Origin: Methanobacteriota archaeon
GTDB lineage: Archaea; Thermoplasmatota; SW-10-69-26; JACQPN01
DNA: 64,000 nt
NCBI GenBank assembly: GCA_016207515.1
Contig: JACQPN010000005.1
Coordinates: forward strand, 12,810 to 76,809
Direction of reading: 5' to 3'
Numbering within the stretch: the first letter of the stretch is position 1; each line of letters begins with the position of its first letter. Positions 9,596 through 17,184 of this stretch are shown piece by piece. The notes below the pieces were generated by a model. It was not told the origin of the DNA. It saw only the letters and a program-made list of their open reading frames with translations, and did no database searches. A program made the position numbers and the translations under genes.

Positions 9596-9728
9596 GTTAC
9601 GGGCAAATCCAAGTTCGAACGCCTTTTCAGCCGAGGGCGTAATGTGTTTCCGCGCTTCTTCTTGGAAAAATATTATCACGTTTAGTTTATAACGCGCCCG
9701 CCGAGATTATCGCTTGGATTTGCCGGTA
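9596..9728. repeat. att-like unit copy 3 (left arm, tRNA 3' core 9693-9708, right arm)
   Basis: 33 nt identical to copy 2 (9692-9724 = 8794-8826); GAAAAATATTATC at 9665-9677; 9596-9613 is a perfect inverted repeat of 8815-8832. Confidence 0.85.
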
Positions 9729-9755
9729 AACCAAGTGCGTCGTTCCATCGGTTGT

Positions 9756-10571
9756 TTACTGTTTTGGCGCTAAGGCCAGTGGAGCGACGACGGCCCGATA
9801 GTCGTTGAGGGAAACGTCCAGATGACCAAGAGCCTTTGTCAAGTATTGGCTGCCGAGGACGGTCCGGACCCTGGTCGAGGCGTCGGGTAAGAGCCGGTGC
9901 ACGGCCTTTCGCATGGCGAGCGCGTCGGAGCCTCCGTGGGCGGCAAGGGCAAACAGATCGCAAAGGTCCTTCACCGCTTTGTCGTCCTTGGTCCGGTCGG
10001 GGAAACTGTGGAGTTTGGTGGCGACGAGGAGCGGCGTGGAGGGAAGGCACACGCTTGGCGCAAAGCCGGAGGCCCGCGGGTCGGGATCCTCCTCGGTGAA
10101 GGCCGTGGCAAGAAGGGGCTCGTCGATTGGGTCGAAACCGAGAATCTTGCGAGAGAGTGGGTGCCTCGCGGTGACCATCGGGTCCACGTAGAGCAGATGG
10201 TAGTGCACGTCCTCGATGCCCACCTTGGGCTCGACGCCCAAGGCCTCCCCCTGTTCATCCAACACCAGCCGGAAACGGAAAGCGCCCGAAGGCTCGAACC
10301 CCAGTTCGCGCAGGCGGTGCGGGGCCTTTGCCGCCGCACTTTTTGAGAACACGTCGGAGGACCACAGCGGGTCCACGAAATAGGCGAGATCGATGTCCCG
10401 GCTTCCGAAGTATTCCTGACCAAACGCGTTCTGCCACCCGTCTCTTACACGTAGGCGGACGGCGTGACCCCCGGCTAGCGCGACCGGGGTGGGGAGATCG
10501 TTCACGAGGGCGCTCAGGCGTCTTTCGCTCTCCCTGGTCAGGAGATTATCGTACACGGGCGTTGGCGACAT
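9756..10571 (-). CDS. Nucleotidyltransferase, AbiEii/AbiGii-like toxin
   Basis: LAGGHAV...GSRDIDL NTase motif; KLHSFPDR...KDLCD. Confidence 0.75.
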   Translation of the reverse strand: MSPTPVYDNLLTRESERRLSALVNDLPTPVALAGGHAVRLRVRDGWQNAFGQEYFGSRDIDLAYFVDPLWSSDVFSKSAAAKAPHRLRELGFEPSGAFRFRLVLDEQGEALGVEPKVGIEDVHYHLLYVDPMVTARHPLSRKILGFDPIDEPLLATAFTEEDPDPRASGFAPSVCLPSTPLLVATKLHSFPDRTKDDKAVKDLCDLFALAAHGGSDALAMRKAVHRLLPDASTRVRTVLGSQYLTKALGHLDVSLNDYRAVVAPLALAPKQ

Positions 10572-11310
10572 GGTGCTCACGTTCGATCAGGAGTTCGGCG
10601 GCCTCGGCGGCGCTGCCGCCTTCCTGGAGGAGATCAACTATTACTTGCGGCAGCGGGGCGACGGGAATCTCTTTCCCGCCGACCTTTCGGACGCTGCGCT
10701 CGTCACGGACTAGGCTGTACGGGGCCGGGATCAGGCGGAAGTTCGAGCCACCGAGTTGTCCGCCCGCCTCTTCGAGGATGAGGCGTCTGGCTCGAAACAC
10801 GAAACCTCCATCCTCGACGAGGCTTGCTGCCTGGTAGTCGAGGTCGGCGGGTATGTACACATCCATGCGTCGCGGAAAGAGGTGGCCTGCGTACGCGTTC
10901 TCGGCGTAGTACGTGGTGGCCATGGCGGTAAGCGACACGAGGTCTTCTCCATCGTACATGTGGAGCGGCACTGGCGCTTTATCCAACAAGAGGAGCGCCT
11001 TTACGGGATCCGGCACGAAGAAGCCGAACCCGCGGGCCGGTTTTCTATGGTCCGCCCACCACCGATATGTTGCGGGCGCGTCGATGACGGTGATCGGCGG
11101 ACCGAGATCGATGAGACGCGCTGACGCGAGCTCATGGGTGATCTGGTGGGCCCACGAATAGGCGGTCTTCGCCGTCATGGCGAGCGCGTTGACGGAACGA
11201 AGGGCTTCCCTGGAGTAGCGAGGTAACGAGAGTGATCGGCCCGCGGCGCCTAGCAGGTGGCGCATCACGGTGTCGCGGGCTGGACTAGACCACTTATCTG
11301 CATTTGACAC
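10546..11310 (-). CDS. Putative type IV TA antitoxin (AbiEi-like)
   Basis: HTH-like N-terminus (SVNALAMTAKTAYSWAHQITHEL); MDVYI; IPVAPLPQVIVDLLQEGG; overlaps toxin gene. Confidence 0.7.
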   Translation of the reverse strand: MSNADKWSSPARDTVMRHLLGAAGRSLSLPRYSREALRSVNALAMTAKTAYSWAHQITHELASARLIDLGPPITVIDAPATYRWWADHRKPARGFGFFVPDPVKALLLLDKAPVPLHMYDGEDLVSLTAMATTYYAENAYAGHLFPRRMDVYIPADLDYQAASLVEDGGFVFRARRLILEEAGGQLGGSNFRLIPAPYSLVRDERSVRKVGGKEIPVAPLPQVIVDLLQEGGSAAEAAELLIEREHHVANARVR

Positions 11311-11348
11311 AGTTCATCTACTCCACAGATATCCGTGATTCCTTATAT

Positions 11349-12142
11349 TTAAATACTTTGCAGATAACTACGCTTGGGCTTGGTCGAGACTTCAAAACAG
11401 AGGCTGCCCCGCGCGCACCATCGGCAGGTTGCGCCGGCCGGCGGTGGCGGGTCGAGGGCCAGGACATGGGCAACGTCGTCGAGGAAGGGCATGAACGCTT
11501 CGTCGTCCCTCTTCATCTCCACCCACGTTAGCGACCCGTCCAAGGACGCCTTGCCCTCCGCGTTGGCGTCGAATGTCGCCGGCGAGAAGCACAGCAGCCC
11601 CATGCGCTTCACGGGCGCGGCCGCGAACTGCCTCGCCGCCGGCTTCTCGAGCGCAATCGCGTAGGCGTGCAATTGCCGCGCGTAGAGCGCGATGTGTGCG
11701 TCCTTCGGGTCCGTGGTCTTGAAGTCGATGACGCAGTAGGTCCCGTCGTCGAACTTGATCAGGGTGTCGAAGATGCCTCTCAGGACTATCCCGCGCGACT
11801 CGCCGATGATTATCGGTTGGCTCTCCACCCACTGCCCCGCATGGGCGAACCGTCCGGGCGGCAGCCCCAGCCCAAGGTCGTCCGTCCGCGTCCCCATGAA
11901 ACGCGCCTTCATCGCAGCGCTGGCGGAACCTTGGGTTCCGCCGCGCCGTGCGCAAGCCCGGCTTGCGCGACGGCATCGATGGTCGTGAAGATCTTGGGGA
12001 AGGGCGATGGCGGGCGACGGATCCCCTGGACCACTTTGAGGTAGAAGCAGCGCTTACACTCTTCCCAGAGGAAGGCGATATCCAGAGCCCGTAAAGAACG
12101 CGTCGGCGCCAGCGCCGTCGGTCCATCGTGTGTCTTTGCCAA
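11349..12142 (-). pseudogene. PD-(D/E)XK (Cas4/RecB-like) nuclease split by a 56-bp hairpin insertion
   Basis: N-part FLWEECKRCFY (12142-11972) and C-part GIFD...IDFKT...QLHAY...CRWC (11915-11349) join in frame if 11916-11971 is removed. Confidence 0.8.
11916..11971. repeat. 56-bp double-hairpin insertion
   Basis: GGCGGAACC-TTG-GGTTCCGCC and GCGCAAGC-CCG-GCTTGCGC. Confidence 0.75.
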
Positions 12143-12166
12143 AAAGAATTTTGTTGCCGGCGGAAA

Positions 12167-14146
12167 TCATACTACGGGCAATCCTACGTCTTGCAGGTAC
12201 CCAAAGGTCGGATCGTAGAATTCCGGCTTTCTCGTGGCGTCCGCCGCGTCCCCTTCTGGGACAACAATAATCATCCCTTGCCGGGCACGCGTCATGAGTA
12301 CGCGGTAGGCGTTCTTCAGATAGAGTTTTCTTTCGGGTGACTTGATCCGTTTCCACTGATCGCCATGAAACGACCAATGATCCCAACCCTTCTCATGGTA
12401 TCGTAAGTCCGCGTCCCATGCAACGCACGTCCAATCGAGTTCTAATCCCTGAACATGAAATTCCGTGGCTACGTCCTCCAAGTAGTACGAGGACCGGACG
12501 TCCTCTTTTCCATCTAAAAACCAATGCACGGGATCGACCGGCGATCGAACGTGGATGGCATGCGGTTTCAACCGCTCGGCTTGCGAAGAGACAACTATTC
12601 CGTACCGCTCCGACCCTCGGGCCTTCTCTTTCAGCCATGACTTGGCCGTACCCAAGCTCCGGGTCAATACAATCGGATAGCGGTCGGCTTGCCGAATCGA
12701 ACGCCGGGCGCCATCCAAATCGACGTCCAAGATCTGCTTCACGAGCAGTGAAACGTTCTCCGCTCGAAACGAACGCATCGACGTGGCAAGGTGGAGCTCC
12801 GACTTCATCGTCACGTTCGGTCGCGGGCCAAGTGAATCGATCGCTCGTCCCGCCGCATATTCGGTGTCATGTAAGCGCGGCGAAATGAAAATGCCCCAAT
12901 CGGGGTAAGATCGATTAAGTGATTCAATCCATTCGCTTATCCCGGCCTCGCCCGTGTTTATTTCTTGGCCTCCGCCTACGAGACAAATCACGACTGCCCA
13001 ATCCGGGTGCCGATCGAGGCACGAGATGAGGAATTCCGGCTCTGACATGGAAAACCCCGGACGCTGCTTCTTGCGACTCATGAACGCAGCTGTTTGCTTC
13101 CGGTTCCACGCACGCTGGGCTTCATCGAAGATTGCGACGCGCTCGATCGGGGGCCCGTCGTCCTTCAGGCATTCATCCCGGAAATTGTGGATATTTTGAA
13201 TGAACGCCTTAACGCGGCTCCGCGTTTCCCCGAGTCGGACCGAGTGCCCGGCCTCGTCCGACCGTCGCTTCTGGTCACGGGCAAGCGCTTCGCGCAGTAT
13301 CTTGACGAGTGGGCCGTTTCCGGACAGATATACTGCATGCAATTCGCTCTTGGCATCCATGTGCTCGGTCGCAACATTGAGTCCGACGAGCGTCTTGCCC
13401 GCGCCGGGGACGCCTGTGACAAAACAAATCACCTTGCGCGATTCCCCCCGGGCGGAATCTATTATTTCGGACAGAAGATGCGATGTCGCGGAAAGATTCA
13501 CCGCGCCGCCGTCGCTTCTCGCGATTTCGGTTACAGAGTGATTCCCGTAAAGCGCACACGCCGCCTCGATGATTGTTGGGGTCGGCCGATACCGACCGGA
13601 CGTCCATGCCCGCCGGTCTATTCGCAGACCCGGCGCCCGGGCCAGGATTTGACGCATGGTGGGTCCGAATGTCCGGAGGTTTGCGCGAATCGGGTCGAAC
13701 AGACCGTCGTTCAACCTTTCGGAAAGAACAGGCGACTCGGGGTCGCTCGCGCCTGTCGCGATCAGGACCGGTACAATGAAGGCGTGATGGCTGGCCTCAT
13801 GGAAATTCTTGAGGTCTAGCGCATAATCCCAAACTTGTTCAATGGCATGGCGAGGAAACGTCTTCTCGCCAACCTTGAATTCCAGAACGAGGATCACAGA
13901 GTCGAGAACCAGCACAACGTCAATCCGACGGCCCATCCTGGGAATCACGTACTCGAAAAAGATGGCACCATCCATGTTCCCGAGTGCCGCCTGAAGAAAA
14001 CCCACCTCTTCACGCCATGCGGCAAGCTGCGCTTCCGTTGGTGGAAGGCCGACTTGGCTTGCCTCAGCGGCCAGACGGTCGAGGATTGCGCTCCCATCGG
14101 CCTTGGAGAAGTCCGTGATTTCGCTGGAGTAAAAAGCCCGGTCCAT
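12167..14146 (-). CDS. DUF2075 / Schlafen group 3-like helicase with N-terminal nuclease-like domain
   Basis: RIDVV...LEFK; Walker A GVPGAGKT; FDEAQR; [11 protein letters not shown]; [13 protein letters not shown]. Confidence 0.9.
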   Translation of the reverse strand: MDRAFYSSEITDFSKADGSAILDRLAAEASQVGLPPTEAQLAAWREEVGFLQAALGNMDGAIFFEYVIPRMGRRIDVVLVLDSVILVLEFKVGEKTFPRHAIEQVWDYALDLKNFHEASHHAFIVPVLIATGASDPESPVLSERLNDGLFDPIRANLRTFGPTMRQILARAPGLRIDRRAWTSGRYRPTPTIIEAACALYGNHSVTEIARSDGGAVNLSATSHLLSEIIDSARGESRKVICFVTGVPGAGKTLVGLNVATEHMDAKSELHAVYLSGNGPLVKILREALARDQKRRSDEAGHSVRLGETRSRVKAFIQNIHNFRDECLKDDGPPIERVAIFDEAQRAWNRKQTAAFMSRKKQRPGFSMSEPEFLISCLDRHPDWAVVICLVGGGQEINTGEAGISEWIESLNRSYPDWGIFISPRLHDTEYAAGRAIDSLGPRPNVTMKSELHLATSMRSFRAENVSLLVKQILDVDLDGARRSIRQADRYPIVLTRSLGTAKSWLKEKARGSERYGIVVSSQAERLKPHAIHVRSPVDPVHWFLDGKEDVRSSYYLEDVATEFHVQGLELDWTCVAWDADLRYHEKGWDHWSFHGDQWKRIKSPERKLYLKNAYRVLMTRARQGMIIVVPEGDAADATRKPEFYDPTFGYLQDVGLPVV

Positions 14147-14293
14147 CCGTCCCGTCGAAGGGTGGCAGCCGATATGAAGGCTGGGATCGACGCGATGACG
14201 CGGAGGAACGTCCGGTCATGCTTGCGTCGCCTGGACCCCGTAATACCGAGATCCATGATCGGGCGAGGCGGGTGGCGTCGCAATTGCTCTTAG

Positions 14294-14367
14294 CGCGCCC
14301 GCCGAGATTCGAACTCGGGTCCTGAGGTCCGGAACCTCATGTCCTATCCAAGCTAGACTACGGGCGC
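14294..14367 (-). tRNA. tRNA-Arg(CCG), no intron, CCA not encoded
   Basis: GCGCCCG acceptor stem; anticodon arm TGAGG-TTCCGGA-CCTCA; T-arm CCGAG-TTCGAAT-CTCGG; TTATAT ~27 nt upstream. Confidence 0.95.
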
Positions 14368-14442
14368 AGTAAGGGGGCGGATTCCGTACCTCGATATAAC
14401 GTTGCCCTTGCTTTTCAGAACGGCTGGCCGGAGTTTTTCCGT

Positions 14443-14531
14443 GCACCCTAGCGGAACCTTCAGTTCCGCTGGGGCTAGGGAAGCTTCGCTTCCCTGCGCC
14501 GCTTTTTGCCGCTTGACGGCAAAAAGGGTGC
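14443..14531. repeat. Three-hairpin array closed by GCACCC/GGGTGC stem
   Basis: AGCGGAAC-CTTCA-GTTCCGCT, AGGGAAGC-TTC-GCTTCCCT, CTTTTTGCCG-CTTGA-CGGCAAAAAG. Confidence 0.7.
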
Positions 14532-14535
14532 TGTG

Positions 14536-14687
14536 CCTATCCAAGCTAGACTACGGGCGCCTGAAGCGGAGCGAAGCTCCGCGAAGCCCCGGGGACGAGG
14601 CCCGAAGGGCCGAGTCCACGAGGGCACGCGGGTTCGCCCTCAGGCGAAGCCGCGTGTAAGGGCCGGATTCCCTGCCCAGATATAACG
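14536..14687 (-). pseudogene. Duplicated tRNA-Arg promoter and 5' 25 nt, interrupted by a hairpin array (14561-14655)
   Basis: 14536-14560 identical to 14343-14367; 14656-14687 resembles promoter 14369-14401. Confidence 0.75.
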
Positions 14688-14775
14688 GTGTCCCTGCGGT
14701 TCGAGATGGTTGGCAGATTCCTCCGGGGATGCGACCAATGGAGGTGACGTCGTTAGATGCTGGCGAGCGTTATTG

Positions 14776-15549
14776 TTACCCGCCCACCGAGTGCACCCTG
14801 AATGCTCCGGCCACGGTGTATTCGACGCTCAATGGCGCCACCCCTTCGTTCTCCCACAGCAGGCTGAAAATGTCCCGCCTCATGGCAGTGAACGTCCCCT
14901 CCCCTTCATGGGCGGTCTTTTCCACGTGGTTGGTGGTCACGCCGTCCTTGTGGCTGTGGACGTTGAAGTATATCATTCCGTCCGCCTCGACTACTTTCCA
15001 CTTGTAGGTGAGGGTCGCGTTTTCTTCCATTACGAGGTTGGCTTCGAGGAATTGCCTCGCCGCGATTGATTTGGTGTCCTTCAGTTCGGCGGTTGTGACC
15101 ACTTCACGCGTGAGAGTGATCGCGACCGTGTATGCCTCGTCGACTGCCCGTTGGGTGCGGACGATTATCTTCCATTTGCCCGGTAGTGGCGGCTCGACGG
15201 TCGCCACCGAGCTCTTCGTGTCGCTCTCTGGAAAGCCTGATCCCTGGTTCTTTCCCGAGGGGTCGAGCAGTGAGAAAGAGAGCGCGGATGCCGCCGATGC
15301 CCATGTGAGGTCGGCTTTGATGTCGACGACGCGCGCCTCGACGTCGAATTCGTGGATCTTCTCGCCGGGCGCGACGGGCGTTCCTGCGAGTCGGTCCGTG
15401 AAGGTGGTCTTGATCGGCGCCAATGGCTCGCTTGAGGTAGTCGGTGGCGTGGTCCCCGCCGCCGGGTCGTCATTTTGCTGGGTCACGCATCCCGAGAGAA
15501 GCATGAGGGCCAACGCAAGGTATGCAAGAGGGCTCCGATGGGCCGCCAT
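14776..15549 (-). CDS. Secreted lipoprotein with beta-sandwich (PPC-like) domains
   Basis: Lipobox LLSGC after hydrophobic stretch; Thr/Pro linker; LTW...LLDPSG...PGKW.I.V pattern. Confidence 0.75.
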   Translation of the reverse strand: MAAHRSPLAYLALALMLLSGCVTQQNDDPAAGTTPPTTSSEPLAPIKTTFTDRLAGTPVAPGEKIHEFDVEARVVDIKADLTWASAASALSFSLLDPSGKNQGSGFPESDTKSSVATVEPPLPGKWKIIVRTQRAVDEAYTVAITLTREVVTTAELKDTKSIAARQFLEANLVMEENATLTYKWKVVEADGMIYFNVHSHKDGVTTNHVEKTAHEGEGTFTAMRRDIFSLLWENEGVAPLSVEYTVAGAFRVHSVGG

Positions 15550-15656
15550 CGTTTGGTCCAGCACAGGAAGTCGCCTTAAACCTTCTTGTGGGGGACGGTC
15601 GCGGGACCCGCCCATGGCGCCTAAAGTGTAAAGCGGGGTTAGCCGTTGGCAGGTCG

Positions 15657-17150
15657 ATGCCGCCGAAACAGACTGCCCGTAGCCTTCTCGAAAAGGGCTT
15701 GAAGCCGAAGACCCCAGGCGAGATGCTACGCGAGACCATCCTGACTTCACTCAGCAAGCTTCACTCCGACGGGTTCTCCCGCGAAGAGTCGATGCAAGCG
15801 CTCTTCCCGAACACGATACTCGATTCTGACGTCCTGGAGACCGTGACGTCGGCGCTCCTTTCCGGGAACAATTTTCTCGTCATCGGGCCCCCCGGTAGCG
15901 GGAAGACGACACTTGCGAAGGACGTGTGGCAACTATATCCCAAAGAAGGTGTCGCGGTGGAGACCTGCCCCGTGCAAGATGACCCGTTCTCGCTGGTGGA
16001 CGAGAAGTTCTCGAAGACGGCCCCCCCATGCCCCTACTGCAAGACGAGGTACGGTGGCGTTTCACTCCAAGAACTCGGCGAATTCGACCCGAAGGCGGTG
16101 AAACCGGACGAGGTGCCCGTGAAGCGGCTGCACTTGAGAGAGGGTTATGGTTTCGCGCGGGTCCAGGGCTCACCCGAGGTGTTCCCGGACAATCTCACCG
16201 GTTCTATCAACCTCTCGAAATTGGAAGAGTTGGGCGACCCCACGTCGCCCTTGGTGTTGGAGCCTGGGAAACTTTTGCAGGCAAACAGGGGCGTTCTCCT
16301 CATCGACGAGATCGGGAAGTTACCGAGGGGGACGCAAAACGTCCTTCTACAAGCACTCCAAGAACGGATCGTGACGCCGGCGAAATCAAGGGAAACGTTC
16401 CCGGCGAGTTTCATCGCCGTCACTACGTCCAACCTCGACGACCTCGACAACATCAGCGAGCCGTTGAACGATCGCCTCGTGAATCTCCAGGTTCCCTTCA
16501 ACAAGGACCATTCGAAGAACATGCGGATCGTTGAAGTGGCGTTCAGCGCGCAAAACGCCGTGAAGATCCCATGGGTGTTTCGCGAGGCGAGTGTGCACCT
16601 CATCGAGGAGTGGCGTAAGACCAGCCAAGGCCTCCCGGAACTCTACGAGGTGGGAAGCAACAGGAGCATGATCGACGTCCTACGCCGTTCCGAATCGTTT
16701 GCCGTCCTCGCCGGAAGCAGCGCTTTGAGGGCCGAGGACTTCGGCCGCGGGATAAAGGAGGCGATGCGGGGCCGCATCAGGGCACGCGGCTCAGACAGCC
16801 TCGACGAATCGCGTTCCATCGTCGACCAGTTCGTCGAGAAGACCTGGCGACGCTCGTTGGAGCGTTCCTGCGTCACCCACTGGTGCCTGTTCTTCGAGGG
16901 CGAGTTGAAGAAGGACCGGGCGGAGGCGGAGAGGGTGTTGAAGGAGGTGCGAAGTGTAGTCACCATGGACGCAGAAAAACAGGTGGAGGCGCTACGAGAC
17001 CACAGCCCGCACACGCGCTACAAGCGGTTCGCCGACCACGTGGGGCGCATGGAGCGCGCCACAAAGGCTGACGTCCCGGGAAACGTCGCAGGCACCATAG
17101 CGCTCTTCGACGAACTCAAGGTCTTTGACAAGGACCCGGCGAAGATCTGA
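15657..17150 (+). CDS. AAA+ ATPase (ChlI/MoxR-like)
   Basis: GPPGSGKT; PGKLLQANRGVLLIDEIGKL; NVLLQALQE; LNDR. Confidence 0.85.
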   Translation: MPPKQTARSLLEKGLKPKTPGEMLRETILTSLSKLHSDGFSREESMQALFPNTILDSDVLETVTSALLSGNNFLVIGPPGSGKTTLAKDVWQLYPKEGVAVETCPVQDDPFSLVDEKFSKTAPPCPYCKTRYGGVSLQELGEFDPKAVKPDEVPVKRLHLREGYGFARVQGSPEVFPDNLTGSINLSKLEELGDPTSPLVLEPGKLLQANRGVLLIDEIGKLPRGTQNVLLQALQERIVTPAKSRETFPASFIAVTTSNLDDLDNISEPLNDRLVNLQVPFNKDHSKNMRIVEVAFSAQNAVKIPWVFREASVHLIEEWRKTSQGLPELYEVGSNRSMIDVLRRSESFAVLAGSSALRAEDFGRGIKEAMRGRIRARGSDSLDESRSIVDQFVEKTWRRSLERSCVTHWCLFFEGELKKDRAEAERVLKEVRSVVTMDAEKQVEALRDHSPHTRYKRFADHVGRMERATKADVPGNVAGTIALFDELKVFDKDPAKI

Positions 17151-17184
17151 GGGCCATGATGCGAAGGCGAGTTCTCGCTGGGGG

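Larger units (their letters stand above)
6920..14293. mobile_element. tRNA-Arg-associated accessory/defence island made of att-delimited cassettes; no integrase within window
   Basis: tRNA 3'-end direct repeats at 7084, 8795, 9693; cargo of TA systems, nuclease and DUF2075 helicase; AT-richer patches. Confidence 0.7.

Noticed and set aside
7084-9728. Repeats as a CRISPR array
   Set aside because: Only three copies, separated by 0.9-1.7 kb of genes; the core equals the tRNA 3' end; no cas1/cas2 in the window
11900-11985. Canonical bulge-helix-bulge mRNA intron
   Set aside because: The outer CAUCG/CGAUG helix exists, but there is no 4-bp central helix and canonical cleavage would remove 55 nt, leaving the gene out of frame
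12173-12185. TACGGGCAATCC resembling the att left arm
   Set aside because: Lies in the DUF2075 coding end, with no AT box or tRNA core at the expected ~95-nt distance
14410-14560. Second intron-containing tRNA
   Set aside because: No anticodon arm, T-arm or CGGGCGC acceptor 3' strand follows the hairpin array
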